Below are positions 1-11,206 of a stretch of 64,000 nucleotides of DNA, piece after piece. The DNA comes from an uncultured Planctomycetaceae bacterium (GTDB lineage: Bacteria > Planctomycetota > Planctomycetia > Planctomycetales > Planctomycetaceae): assembly GCA_963815195.1 (NCBI GenBank), contig CAWFGE010000013.1:224001-288000 (forward strand), read 5' to 3'. A program made the position numbers and the translations under genes. Every line of letters begins with the position of its first letter. Positions within the stretch are counted from its first letter, which is position 1. Under the pieces are notes generated by a model. The model was not told the DNA's origin and made no database searches. It worked only from the letters and a program-made list of their open reading frames with translations.

Positions 1-940
1 ATGCGAACGCTCTTGGACCGCCTGGCGGTGGAATCGAAATACGATAGCGTCACCGAAGTCCCCACGCTGTTGCGCGTCCTGGCCGGGCGGGGCTTGATCG
101 CGCCGGACTTCGTCGTGGACAGCTTCAAGGCCTCGCTGCCGGATGTGGAGCATGCCCTTTTGTCGTCGGTCTTTCAGGAAGAAGAATCCTTGAGTTTGCG
201 GGGCACCTTGAGAGAACTGCACCGGCAGGCTTCGGTCGTGCGGGACCGGATTTCGATTGACACCTGGCGGATCATCAACCGCCTGGCGACGGAGTTTCTG
301 CGAAGCGTCTCGCCGAAGGACACCGATTTCGGCGATGCGCTCGAGTGCCTGGACCGCTTGATCTTCGACCTCGCGGCGTGCAACGGTTTGGTGTCCGATG
401 CGATGACCCGCGGGCAAGCCTGGCGGTTTTTGGATTTCGGCCGGCGGATCGAGCGGGGCCTGCAAATGGTGACGCTCTTACGCTACACGCTGTCCACCGC
501 CCAAGAAGACAACGTGCCGGTGCTGCAAGCCGTCCTGGAAATCGCCGACAGACTCGATGACCTATCGCTCGCGGTATCTGGCCCGCGTGCAGCCCGCGGC
601 GGTGTTGGATTTGCTGCTCACCGATGAGACCAACCCCCGGGCGATGGCGTTTCAGTTGGTGGTCTTGTCCGAGCATGTGGACCATCTGCCGCGCGAAGCG
701 TCGCTGCCCATGCGGACGCCGGATCAGCGGGCGATCATGTCGGCCCTGCATGCGGTGCAAATGGCCGATGCGGTGCAGTTGGTGAAACACCCCGGCAAAC
801 GCCGCGGCCCCTTGGAGAAGCTGCTCAACCACATCGAAGACGGATTGAACAAACTCGCCGACCAGGTCTCCCGAAAATATCTGATCCACGCCGGCGCCCC
901 CCGGCAAATGCAAGACGACCTCCCCATGCCGCTGTCTTGA
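1..940 (+). CDS. Alpha-E (DUF403) domain protein, 5'-truncated; probably the C-terminal part of a circularly permuted ATP-grasp/alpha-E fusion; frameshift near 555
   Basis: Alpha-E motifs VRDRISIDTWR, MTRGQAWRFLDFGRRIER, then MTYRSRY...DETNPRAMAFQL in the next frame (ORFs 1..627 and 557..940 join at D-S-S-M). Confidence 0.85.
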
Positions 941-1038
941 TCCGCGCTCATTGGCAAAGGGCGGCCGCGTGTCTCGATCGGCCAGAATGCGTGAGTAGCG
1001 TCCAGCGGCTAATGATTCATTCTCAAATCCCGCTGGTT

Positions 1039-2277
1039 CTACTTTGCGAGCAATTCTTCGATCTTCGCGTCCGCCTCGGCGGGGTGGATTTGCGTCTCGG
1101 CGACGCGGCCTTGTTTGTCCACCAGCCAATACGCGGGGATTTCGCGGATGCCGTAGTACCGCACGAGCGGGTTGTTCCAGCGGCGTTTGGTCTGGTCGAT
1201 GTAAAAGATCGTCGGCCAGGTAAACCCGTGCTGTTTGAGAAAGCTCTGCAAGCGGGCTTCGTCCTCGTCGAGATTCACGCCGACGATTTCAAAGCCTTTC
1301 GAGGCATACTTCGCGTGAAGCTGTTTGAGCGCCTGGGCTTGTTGGTCGAAGCCTTCCGTGTCGGCGGCCCAGAACGCCACGAGGACGACTTTGTTCCGCA
1401 GGCTGTCGATGGACAGAAATTTCCCGTCCGCGGTGGGGCCGGCGAGCGCGAGTTCCTGCCCTTTGAGCTCCAGCCGCCTGAGCACCGCCGCGACATGTTG
1501 AGCCCGGGGATTTTTGGGGAATTGCTCGGCGATCTGGGAGTAACACGCGATTGCGGTTTCCGTGAGGCCTTGGGCTTCGCAGCTCCAGCCGGCGGCGTCG
1601 AGCTTGGCGATGGCCCGGCCTTCATCTTTGGGAAAGTTGCGCGCGAACAGCCGGGCCTGCTTGGCATATTCCTCCAAAAACCGCGGATCCTCGCTGGCGA
1701 ACTTGCCGGCCATGATCTCTGCAAACCGCACGAGCGTAAAGCAGGCTTCGTTCGTCGCCTTGGACGCCGGGTCGAACTTTTGCAGCAAGGCCACGTTCTC
1801 GTAAAGCTCGTCCACGTTGTTGTTGTGCTCGTCCAGATCGACGCCTTGCACCTGGATGGCCAGTTGGAGTTGGGCTTCCATGGCGTAGTGGACGGCCACG
1901 TTGAACAACCGCTCTCTCGCGGTGTCGTCGTGGGTCTTTTTGACGACGAAGCCCGCCAACTCGGCGATTTTGTAATTCCGTTCCCGCTGGAACTGGCGGA
2001 TTTGGTCCATGTCGTCCGTTTCGGGCAGCGGCTGCAAGCGGAGCATGGTGATCTCGCGGAGATACCATTCGGGCGAGCCTTTTTCCGGCTCGGGCAGTTT
2101 GGCGTTCTCGGCGTTTTTGCCGTTGGGAACCGCCGCCGTGGGCAACGGCTTAGCGGCGGACTGCTGGCCCGCGGCTTCATCGGACTTGTCGCCGCCCGAG
2201 CCGCAGCCCAAGGGACCAATCAACAGGCCGATGGTCAAGAGAACCTGCCAATGTCTACCGATGCGCGCCGTGTGCAT
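1039..2277 (-). CDS. Lipoprotein with TPR-like helical region and C-terminal TlpA/redoxin (thioredoxin-fold) domain lacking CxxC
   Basis: ATG 2277 preceded by GGAGAGG; lipobox LGC; TlpA motifs KVVLVAFWA, GFEIVGVNLD, YGIREIPAYWLVDKQG. Confidence 0.85.
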   Translation of the reverse strand: MHTARIGRHWQVLLTIGLLIGPLGCGSGGDKSDEAAGQQSAAKPLPTAAVPNGKNAENAKLPEPEKGSPEWYLREITMLRLQPLPETDDMDQIRQFQRERNYKIAELAGFVVKKTHDDTARERLFNVAVHYAMEAQLQLAIQVQGVDLDEHNNNVDELYENVALLQKFDPASKATNEACFTLVRFAEIMAGKFASEDPRFLEEYAKQARLFARNFPKDEGRAIAKLDAAGWSCEAQGLTETAIACYSQIAEQFPKNPRAQHVAAVLRRLELKGQELALAGPTADGKFLSIDSLRNKVVLVAFWAADTEGFDQQAQALKQLHAKYASKGFEIVGVNLDEDEARLQSFLKQHGFTWPTIFYIDQTKRRWNNPLVRYYGIREIPAYWLVDKQGRVAETQIHPAEADAKIEELLAK

Positions 2278-2490
2278 GACCTCTCCATCCTTCGAGAGCT
2301 TGAAGTTCGCCGGCGGGGCGAAGTCTGGGGAATCCCCGCCGCCAAATCGTCCATGATCCAACCTGGGCCGGGAGTTTTAGGGAAAAATCGGGAAAAGGGG
2401 AAGAGGAACTCAAGATTTACCGAGAATTTGCCGGGGATCGTGCGGGAATCGTTATGTACAGATGAAAATGGCCGGTTGCCCTGAGGAAAA

Positions 2491-2515
2491 TCACGGGGCT
2501 GACGCTCCCCGCTCC
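2491..2515. repeat. REP-like palindromic element (family B, GGGGCTGACGC.CC)
   Basis: Similar to the reverse complement of 3949-3976 and to 50789-50818. Confidence 0.6.
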
Positions 2516-2759
2516 CCGCTTTTGATTTCGCCAAGAACTGCGCGAAACAATCAGAAAAGTCTATTTAACCGGACCAAAACAGCCGATGACTACCAATAAC
2601 GTAAGGACTCCTCGTTCAGGCGAATGATCGCCCAACTGGGCCTTGGAAAAATCGGCGGCGTAAACGACCGCAACGGAGTGTTGAAGAACGGGGTTTGGCC
2701 GGGAACGTCGCCGGCCTGTCTGGGGCTTTGTGGAGATGGAGACAAAAGGAGATCTCTCG

Positions 2760-3869
2760 ATGCGCAAGTATCGGAACTGGATTCTCAGTTTGGGAATCGC
2801 GGCGGCTCCGGGCCTGGCGGTCGCCGGACCGTTCCCGTTCGGAGGCGAGCCGCAAGCGGCTCCCCAAACCGCCGCGGATCAATCGAATCAAGAAGTGGCC
2901 GAGAACATCGCCCGGGCACTCCGGTCGGCCCGTCTGCCGGGATCGAACATCGACATCACCGTCTCCGGCGGGGTGGCGAGCCTGTCCGGGCAAATCGCCG
3001 ACGAAGGTTCCAAAGCGGCCGCGACCCGGCTGGTCAGTAGCGTGCCCGGCGTGGTGCGGGTCAACAACCAGCTTCAAGTCGCCAGGCAGCCCGCGTCCCC
3101 GGTCCAACAGGCCGAGTTCTCGCGGCCGTTCGGCCAGGAAGAGTCCCAGATCGAGCAGGTCGGCCTGAACCTGCCCCCGGCCCCGGCTCCCGCGGCCATG
3201 AGCAACCAGGCTGTCGCCGAGCAGATCGGAGCCGCCTTGTCGCGGGCCAACCTCAGCGGCTACGAAATCAAGATCCGCTACTCCCAAGGGTTTGCCACCT
3301 TGATGGGCAGCGTGGCCACCCTCGACCAGAAAATGATCGCCGACCACGCCGCCCGCAATGTGCCCGGCGTGAACGCTGTGGACAATCAACTGGAAATCAC
3401 CGGCTCGCCGGCTCGGCAAGCCCAATTTCAGCAAGCCGCCTACCAGGACAACAACGCCGGCGCTCCGCCGGTGGTTCCCGGGGCTCCTGGCATTCCTGGC
3501 GTTCCCCCGACGGGTCAGCCCGCGATGATGCCGCCCGGTTATCCCGGAGGCTATCCCGGCATGCCCGGCGTTCCCGCCCCGGCTTATGGAACCGCCGTGC
3601 CCGGTGCCAATCCCACGATCTACAACAACCCTTACCTGCCGCAATACGCCTGGCCCGCCCAAGCCCAGTATCCGAACTCGGCGGCGATCCAGTATCCCAA
3701 ACAGTACGCGGCGAGCGCCTGGCCTTACATCGGCCCGTTCTATCCCTATCCGCAAGTCCCGCTGGGCTGGCGGAAAGCCACCCTGGAATGGGACGACGGC
3801 CATTGGATGCTCGACTTCGATTCCAAAACCGACCGCTGGTTCTGGTTCCTCAATCCCAAGAACTGGTAG
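2760..3869 (+). CDS. Secreted protein with two BON domains, a Pro/Gly-rich linker and an aromatic C-terminal motif
   Basis: AAAGGAGA RBS; signal peptide; two BON repeats ending VPGVVRVNNQL and VPGVNAVDNQL; tail WPYIGPFYPYPQVPLGWRKATLEWDDGHW. Confidence 0.85.
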   Translation: MRKYRNWILSLGIAAAPGLAVAGPFPFGGEPQAAPQTAADQSNQEVAENIARALRSARLPGSNIDITVSGGVASLSGQIADEGSKAAATRLVSSVPGVVRVNNQLQVARQPASPVQQAEFSRPFGQEESQIEQVGLNLPPAPAPAAMSNQAVAEQIGAALSRANLSGYEIKIRYSQGFATLMGSVATLDQKMIADHAARNVPGVNAVDNQLEITGSPARQAQFQQAAYQDNNAGAPPVVPGAPGIPGVPPTGQPAMMPPGYPGGYPGMPGVPAPAYGTAVPGANPTIYNNPYLPQYAWPAQAQYPNSAAIQYPKQYAASAWPYIGPFYPYPQVPLGWRKATLEWDDGHWMLDFDSKTDRWFWFLNPKNW

Positions 3870-3900
3870 GCCCGAAACGACAACAGTCCGTGACACGAGG

Positions 3901-3935
3901 AAAGGCGTTTCCCATTCACTGGGAGACGCCTTTTT
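3901..3935 (+). terminator. Rho-independent terminator after the BON gene
   Basis: AAAGGCGTTTCCCA-ttcac-TGGGAGACGCCTTTTT hairpin with U-tract. Confidence 0.75.
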
Positions 3936-3948
3936 CCGTGACAGTCCC

Positions 3949-3976
3949 GGCGAGCCTGGGGCGTCAGCCCCATGAT
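3949..3976. repeat. REP-like element (family B)
   Basis: GGCGAGCCTGGGGCGTCAGCCCCATGAT, homologous to 50720-50760 and to the reverse complement of 2491-2515. Confidence 0.65.
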
Positions 3977-4326
3977 TCTTCACGAACGCTCAACCTGGAT
4001 TGGATTCACTCGGATTCGAAAGCATTGTCATTGGATTTTGATGGACGAGATCAGGGGGCTGAGCTCCACGCTCGCCCGACAACTGATAAAACCCGCAAAA
4101 TCCCAAGTTTTTCACAAGTCGCTCGGCTGGAAGATCGATACATACCATACAGTGTCGCGCGGAAGTTCACGCCGCGCAACGTCCACCGATGTGTCGGGAT
4201 GGGGAAGACGGTTTCCGAGCGGTAAGGCGCCGCGAACAATTCCAGGTTTCCATACTCACTGCTGCCCCGACTCCAGGCGGAGCGAACCACACATCCAGGG
4301 CAGGTCGAATTCTCACGGAGGAAGCA

Positions 4327-4920
4327 ATGATTAAGTTCGGACCCAAGGCCCGGCGGTGCGTGTTGATGGTCGGGATGGCGCTGATGACCTTCTCGAACGG
4401 CGGCTGCACGCTGATCGAAGGCTTCGCCGACGTGATTTACAGCTTCTGCCTCTTCTGGCGGACGGCTCCCTTCATTCCCGTCAGCCCGTACTTCAGCGAA
4501 CAGGTCGAAGACGCGTATTGGGAAGAAGAACGCTACGGCCGCGTGCCGGTGCTCGATCCCGTCGAAGGCGAAAACGCCCCGCTGTTCTGCCTCGATCCGC
4601 CCTCTCCGGATGAAGTCGTGCGGGCCCTCCCGGACAGCGAAACCGGGTCCGGAGGCTATGCATTCCTGGCGGAAACCCAAATCAACAACGTGCGGATGGT
4701 CGTGGAGCCCATCGTGGACCGCGTCGGCGAATGCCGGTTCTACCCGATGGTCGGCCCCGCCCGCATGATGCACTGCCACTACAAATGCACCGTGTATTAC
4801 GACAAGACGCTTCGCTCGAACTACCCGATCCCCTTCACCCACACCGACGCCACCGAAGAAGTCGTCTACATCGATCACGACCACCTCATCCGCTGTGCCG
4901 GCCCCGTGGTCCCGGAATAA
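4327..4920 (+). CDS. Conserved hypothetical lipoprotein (planctomycete-type)
   Basis: GGAGGA RBS; signal peptide with GGC lipobox; motifs DPPSPDEV, RFYPMVGPARMMHCHYKCTVYY, EEVVYIDHDH. Confidence 0.8.
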   Translation: MIKFGPKARRCVLMVGMALMTFSNGGCTLIEGFADVIYSFCLFWRTAPFIPVSPYFSEQVEDAYWEEERYGRVPVLDPVEGENAPLFCLDPPSPDEVVRALPDSETGSGGYAFLAETQINNVRMVVEPIVDRVGECRFYPMVGPARMMHCHYKCTVYYDKTLRSNYPIPFTHTDATEEVVYIDHDHLIRCAGPVVPE

Positions 4921-4931
4921 GATCAAAAATC

Positions 4932-5025
4932 CGTTGCGGCGGCATGAAGCCGCCGCGACGAACGAAAAATCTAAAAACACCGGCGGCGGCCCGGCGATCT
5001 TTCGCCAGGCCGCCGCCGGTGTTTT
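4932..5025 (+). terminator. Two tandem GC-rich hairpins (probable terminator)
   Basis: CGTTGCGGCGGC/GCCGCCGCGACG (4932-4960) and AAAACACCGGCGGCGGCC...GGCCGCCGCCGGTGTTTT (4974-5025). Confidence 0.7.
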
Positions 5026-5211
5026 GTATTTCCCACCGCCATTCCTCGGGGCAAGCGCCCTTGCCGATTTCCCGTTCACCAACGTACGATGGTTGAGGAA
5101 AAATGTGATCTATTCAACAGGGAATGGCCCTTTCCAGCCCCATCCCCCAATCACGCTAGAATTCCGGACCCAAGAAAAATCCCCGCCGCCGCTGTGTTAA
5201 TGGAGAGTGTG

Positions 5212-8200
5212 ATGACAGACCAATCCCCCCGATCTGGCTTGTGTTGGATTGTGTTGGCGTCGCTGCTGATCGTCCTGGGCGTTGCGCCGGTGTCCGCATC
5301 CGCCGACGATGCGCTGGACGTTTACAACTACGCCGTCGGGGCCTACAAGCAGGAGGCGCTGGCGGCAGGCGGAAGAAAGCTTCAAGAAATTCGCGGACGA
5401 ATTTCCGAATCATCCCAAGGTGCCCACGGCCCGTTTGTACCGCGGCCTGGCTCTCACCAACCTTCGCGACTACAAGACCGCCCGCAGCGTATGGCGGGAT
5501 TACGTCCGCGACTATCCCAAAAACAGCAACCTGCCGGTGGCCATGTACCGCGTGGCGGAATCGAGTTACCTGCTCAACGAGTTGAAAGCCGCCGAGACCG
5601 AGTTTCAAGCGTTCCTGGAAAAGTACCCGAAAAACGATCTGGCGGAGTGGGCCCTGCCGTTCCTGGCGGAGACGCAGCTTTACCTGAAAAAGCCCGCCGA
5701 CGCGGTGAAGACATACAAGCTCGCGGAAGCGCAATATCCCAAAGGCCGGCTGGCGAACGATGTGCAGTTCGGGTTGGCGCGGGCTTATGAGGAACTCAAG
5801 CAGCCCGACGCGGCGGTCCCGATTTACAAAAACCTCGCCGACGACGAGACGAACCCCCAAGCCCCCCAGGCCCAAATGAACCTGGCGACCTTGTATTTTG
5901 AGGGCGGGAAATATCCCGAAGCGGCCGAGGCCTATGCCGAGGTCGAGCAGAAGTTCCCCAAAAGCGAGCTCGTGCCCGCGGCCCAGCTCAACGCGGGCTA
6001 CGCGTGGTACGAGGTCGGCGATTATCGCAAAGCCATCGGGCGGTTCGACCTGGCCGCGAAGCAAAAATCCCAGGCCCAACTCGCGGGGTACTGGAAAGGC
6101 GTGTCGTACAAGGCGTTGGACGAATATCAGCAGGCGGCGGAGATTTTAAAGTCGGCCTCCGAAGCCGGCGACGCGGGAGCGCTTGCGGACAATATCATTT
6201 ACCAGTGGGGCGATTGCGCTTTCCGCGCGAAGGACTACCCCACCGCGCGGGACCGCTTTCTGCAAATCGCGAGCGACTGGCCTAAGAGCGAGTTTGTGGA
6301 AGACAGCCTGCACCTCGCCGGCGAAGCGGCCTTGTATTATGCGAGGCAGGCTCAAGATCCCGGCGAACGCACGAAGCGGCTCGCCGACGCGGAAAAGATC
6401 ATCGACACATTCCCCAAGCGGTTTCCACAAAGCCCGCTGCTCATGCACCACGAACTCCTCAAAGGCCGGTTGGAATACCTGCAAGGCGGCGCGGAACGCT
6501 TCGCCGACGCCGCCCGGAGGTTTCGCACCGTCATCGAAAACAGCCAGGTCAAGGACACGCAACTCGCCGCCCGGTTTCATCTCGGCCGCGCGCTCCAAAA
6601 GCTGGACAAGCACGCGGAAGTCGTCGAGGCGATGGCCCCGGTTATCGAGAACGTGAAAAAGACGGGCGTCGGCTCGGAGTTCTTGAGCGGTCTCGTCGTC
6701 ATCAGCTTGAGCCATCTGGCGCTCCAGCAGGATCAACAGGCCGTGGACGATTTGACGAGCTACCTCGAACTCGCTCCGGACGGGGCAGAAGCGGATCTCG
6801 CCTTGGCCGGGCGGGCGTTGGCTCAGGCCCGGCTCAAGCACAAGACCCAAGCCAAACAGGACCTTCTGGCGCTCCGCGACAAGTTCCCGCAGAGTCCGCT
6901 CTTACCGGAGCGGACCTATCAAATCGCGGAGAGGGCCTACGATCAAAAGGACTGGGCCTGGGCGGCGGAGCTGTTTGAGACCGTGGTGAAGCTCGATCCG
7001 AAATCGTCCTACTACCGCACGGCGCTCTCGGGGCTGGCTTGGACGGAATACCACGGCGGAAAGCACCTGGCCGCCGCGGCCGACTTCGGCCGGCTCGCCG
7101 AGGAGTTCCCCCAGGACCGCGAACAAGCCGCGGAAGCCTCGTACATGAAGGGGCGGGCCTTGGAAGACGCCGGCGACATGAAGACCGCCGCGAAAGTCTA
7201 TCAGGACGCCTTCGAGAAATTCGCCCCCCAAAAAACCGCCGAAGCCGGGGCCGAGGAAAAACGCCCCGACCAGTTCGCGTTTCTGGCCGGCGTGCAAGCC
7301 GCTCGCACGCGTGCGGCCCTCAAGGAACCCGAAGTCGCCGACGTCGCCTACGAAGCGGTGCTCGCGAAATTCCCCAAGGCGAAGGACTTGGACAAGCTGC
7401 TCGACGAATGGGCCCTGATGAACCTCAAAGCCGAACGCTTCGACCGCTCGGATGCGGTGTTCCGCATGCTCATCGAAAAAACGCCCGAAAGCCCGCTGGT
7501 GCCGGGCGCCCGGCTGAGCCTGGCCGAGAGCGATTTCATCTCGGGCAAACTGCTCGACGCGAAAAAGGTCTTCGAGGAACTTTCCACGAACAAAAAAGCG
7601 GACGCGGCAGTCAAAGAGCGGGCCATGTTCCAACTGATCGAGATCCTCACCGAGCAGCGGTTGTGGGAAGACTTGGCCTCACAGACCGAAACATTTCTGA
7701 AAACCTTTCCCGAGAGCCAATACCGGCCCACCGTGACATTCCGCCGCGGGGAATCGCTCATCTCCACCAAAAAGTTTCCAGAAGCCGAGACGCTGTTCAC
7801 CGAATTGACCAAGTCCAAAGATAATCCCGCGGTGGCAAAGTCCCGCTGGTTTCCGCGGGTGTGGGTGTTGCTTGCGGAATCGCAAGTCCGTCAGAAAAAA
7901 TACGACGACGTGGCCGCCACGGTCGCGGCGTTTCGCGCGTGGGATCCCAAAAGCGAAAAGCTCTACGAAGCCGACGAGGTCTTAGGCCGCTCGTATAAGA
8001 ACCAGGCCCAGTGGGACGAATCCCGCAAGGCGTTCGAGCGGGCTTTGGAGCACCCCGCGGCCAAAGGCACCGAAACCGCCGCCAAGAGCCAACTCATGCT
8101 TGCCGAGACCTGGTGGCATCAAAAAGACTGGAAGAAAGCCCAGGAGAATTATCTGAAGGTCTATTACAACTACGCAAACTTCCCGGAATGGCAAGCCCCC

Positions 8201-8365
8201 GCGCTGTTCCAAGCGGGGTTGTGCGATGAGAAACTGGGCGACTTGGACCAGGCTGCGAAAACCTACGCCGAGGTCATCGACAAGTTCCGCAAATCCGAAT
8301 ACGCCGACGAAGCCCAAAAGCGCTGGGCCCTCATCAAAAACCGGTCCGCGAAAACCTCCGGCTAA
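5212..8365 (+). CDS. Large secreted tetratricopeptide-repeat protein (BamD/CpoB-like repeats); frameshift near 5355
   Basis: Signal peptide ...VSASA-DD in the 5089 frame joins the 5282..8365 frame; many TPR units ending F/YP.S motifs. Confidence 0.85.
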
Positions 8366-8407
8366 CCACGAAGACACGAAGGGTTCGCTTGGCGGGCCGC
8401 CTTTTGC

Positions 8408-9772
8408 TCAATCGCCGCCCACGAGCAGCACGCGGAGGTCCATGACGTTGGTATGCGTGGGGCCGGTCTTTAACAGGCCGGCGGTTTGCTCGAAGAACGG
8501 GTAGGAATTGTTGATCGCCAAAAACTCCCGCGGGTCCAGATTCTTTTGGATCGCAGCCTCTTTGACCGCGGCATCGGCGAATGCGCCCGCGGCATCGGTG
8601 GGACCGTCTTCGCCATCCGTGCCGCCGGAGAGAATGACGATGTTCTCCCAGCCTTCGTCCCAAAGCGCGACGAGGGCCGCGAGGGCGACTTCCTGATTGC
8701 GGCCGCCCTTCTGGGGGAGATCGGTCTTCGCCAGATGCACCACGGGTTCGCCGCCGCTCAACACGCACGCCGGCCGCGGGCCGTTTTTGTCCGCGCGAAT
8801 TTCGCGGCCAATTTGAGCCAAGGTTTTCCCGACTTCGCGGGCTTCGTCCGCATTCTCGGAACCGAGCGATTGGACATGATAGCCCAGCGCTTCCGCCTTC
8901 CGCGCCGCCGCCGCGACCGCGGTGCGATTGCTGCCGATGATGTGGTTGTGCACGCGGTCGGCGGGAAAGTATTCCACCGCCGGCTGTCTGGCTTCATTCT
9001 CCAAAACATCCCGCACAGAGGAGGGCGTTAGTTTTCGCTCAGGATCGAATTTGCCCAAGACGGCGAGCGCATCGGCGGGGGTGGCGGAATCGGGAACGGT
9101 CGGACCCGACGCGATCACATCCAGCGGATCGCCGATCACGTCGGAGATGATCAGCCCGATGATCTGGCCCGCGTTCGTGGCCCGCGCCAGCCGGCCGCCT
9201 TTGGTTCTCGAAAGTTGTTTGCGGACGGTGTTGAGTTCCTGAATCGTCGCCCCCGTGTGCATCAACAGCCGGGTGACCGTTTGCAGATTCGCAAGCGAGA
9301 TGCCCTGCGCGGGAGCGGGCAGAAGCGCGCTCCCGCCGCCCGAAATCAGCACGACGCACACATCGCGGGGTCCGAGATCGGCGAGCATTTCGAGAATCCG
9401 TTCCGAACCGAAAACTCCCTCGGCGGTCGGCTCGTTGACACCCGCCGGCCGCGCGGCGTGGAGGTGGATTTTTTTGAGTTCCCGCACGCAGTCCGCCGGC
9501 ACGTTGACCCAGCCGGAAACGTGATTCTGCAGAACGTTCTCTCCGACGGCTTCTTCAAACGCGGCCGCCATCCCGGCCCCGGCTTTGCCCGCTCCGACCA
9601 CGACCAGCCGCCCGAGATCCGCGAGGGGAATCTTCCGTCCGCAGAGGGAGAGTTCGGTTTCAGAGCAACCGGCCGCCTCCCGCACCAGCCGTTCGGAATC
9701 CACCGCCTCGACGCCGGCCTGCCAGATCGCGCGGGCGTGCGGGCGGAGCGAGTTCGCGTCAGGAGTCGTCAT
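8408..9772 (-). CDS. Glycerate kinase type 2 (DUF4147 + MOFRL; TtuD/GckA family)
   Basis: VVGAGKAG, LISGGGSAL, ISDVIGDP, SGPT, GGRNQE, GTDGEDGPT, TGPTHTNVMD. Confidence 0.95.
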   Translation of the reverse strand: MTTPDANSLRPHARAIWQAGVEAVDSERLVREAAGCSETELSLCGRKIPLADLGRLVVVGAGKAGAGMAAAFEEAVGENVLQNHVSGWVNVPADCVRELKKIHLHAARPAGVNEPTAEGVFGSERILEMLADLGPRDVCVVLISGGGSALLPAPAQGISLANLQTVTRLLMHTGATIQELNTVRKQLSRTKGGRLARATNAGQIIGLIISDVIGDPLDVIASGPTVPDSATPADALAVLGKFDPERKLTPSSVRDVLENEARQPAVEYFPADRVHNHIIGSNRTAVAAAARKAEALGYHVQSLGSENADEAREVGKTLAQIGREIRADKNGPRPACVLSGGEPVVHLAKTDLPQKGGRNQEVALAALVALWDEGWENIVILSGGTDGEDGPTDAAGAFADAAVKEAAIQKNLDPREFLAINNSYPFFEQTAGLLKTGPTHTNVMDLRVLLVGGD

Positions 9773-11121
9773 CGGTTCGCGTCCGTTGGCCGGCGGACGG
9801 CGACTTCGAAGGAGTGAAACATCTCTTCGCCGTCGCCGTTCGTTATGGAGAGTAAAAACCTGGCCCAGGGTTCGGGAGTGTCGGCGGGGACTTTCCACTT
9901 GAGCAGATTCTTTTTTGCGAGGCGGGCGTCTTTGGGGCCGTCTTCCAGGCGGATTCGCACTTGCTTTCCGCGGGATTCCACGTCGATCCGATACTCCAAC
10001 GTCGCCCCGGCCTGGACCGCGAGCGGCGGGATGGACGATACATACAGATAACTCCGCTCCGAGTTCTTCAGCCGCTTCTTGAGATCAAACGGCCGGAGCA
10101 TCAGCCGATCGTTGGTTGCCGGCAGCGTGATCAACTGATTCAAAGAGGGCACATATTGCACCCGCCACTGCGAACCGAGCCTCAGCGCCGCTTTGATGTC
10201 GTGCCCGGAGTTGATCCGCGCGGGCAGGAGTTCCTCGAACCCCATTTCAAAATCGATGGGCCGGCAGTCCGCGGTGGAGCAGACGGTGACTTTGCCCAGC
10301 GTTTTGTTCGCGGGCAGTTTTTGATCGAGCCTCACGTCCAGGATGTAGCGCGGATCGGGCGTGGGAATCAGCGTCGAGCCTTTGAGCCAGTCGGCTTTGA
10401 TCGCGCGGCCGTTCTGGTTGTAAATTTCGCCCTCTGGCAAGAGGAACAGATACCCGTCGCCCGTCGGCTGCGCCCAGCGGACGGCGTTGCTCGTGCCGCC
10501 GAACGACACCAGCGACAGATCATCGCCCTCGATGTGCCAGCCGCCATAGCCCACCGGCCCGTAGCCCGTGGGAATCGTGCCGAAGGTTCGGCCGCCGGGC
10601 GACGCCTGCACGGATAGCCCATGCCGCCCCGTGCCGGAGATCATCTTGCCTTTCACGGCGATGGCCCTAAGCGTGTCCAGGTCGTAAAGCCGCGACTCCC
10701 GCGAGCCCACGATCAACAGCGGCCCCTGTCCCGCAGAACCCATGACGGCCAACTGCGGCGGGTCGTTGCCTTCGATGATTGCCAGCTTGTCGCGTTTTTT
10801 CGATTGGAAATCCCAGCGGCGGATCATCATTTTGCCGGGCGAGACAATCACGAGTTTGTCCGCGCCGGCGGCGAGCAGATCGCCTTGGGGAACTTCGGGA
10901 ATCTCCAAGAGGACTTTCGGACCGCCGGACAGGTCGTAAACGATCACCTTCCTCGCCGGCGCGAAGTGCAGCGCGACGTACCGCCCCGCTCCGCCCCAGA
11001 CGAACTGGGAATATTGCCCGGGCAACTGGGACACCTGCACCGCCTCGTCCGCGCGGGCTCCGAGTCCGCATATCAGACAAACGACAAGACCTCGGCCCAC
11101 AGAGGAAAAGTTCAGCATCAT
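9769..11121 (-). CDS. Hypothetical secreted protein (beta-rich, C-terminal Ig-like domain)
   Basis: Signal peptide ...GARA-DE; ATGA overlap with the glycerate kinase start; Ig-like tail VSSIPP...LEYRIDV...LKWKVP. Confidence 0.7.
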   Translation of the reverse strand: MMLNFSSVGRGLVVCLICGLGARADEAVQVSQLPGQYSQFVWGGAGRYVALHFAPARKVIVYDLSGGPKVLLEIPEVPQGDLLAAGADKLVIVSPGKMMIRRWDFQSKKRDKLAIIEGNDPPQLAVMGSAGQGPLLIVGSRESRLYDLDTLRAIAVKGKMISGTGRHGLSVQASPGGRTFGTIPTGYGPVGYGGWHIEGDDLSLVSFGGTSNAVRWAQPTGDGYLFLLPEGEIYNQNGRAIKADWLKGSTLIPTPDPRYILDVRLDQKLPANKTLGKVTVCSTADCRPIDFEMGFEELLPARINSGHDIKAALRLGSQWRVQYVPSLNQLITLPATNDRLMLRPFDLKKRLKNSERSYLYVSSIPPLAVQAGATLEYRIDVESRGKQVRIRLEDGPKDARLAKKNLLKWKVPADTPEPWARFLLSITNGDGEEMFHSFEVAVRRPTDANR

Positions 11122-11206
11122 CGCATCGCCTTGGAAAGAAACGTTTGCGTTAAGAGCTTCCGCAAATAACCAACATGTCATCGTCCGCATTCGTTATATT
11201 AAAGAC

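Noticed and set aside
937..2484. Long antisense ORFs (e.g. 937..2484, 2616..3983, 20003..21460, 30949..32766, 32770..34422, 37585..39300, 61947..62966)
   Set aside because: They are shadows of recognisable opposite-strand genes in GC-rich DNA and have no motifs of their own
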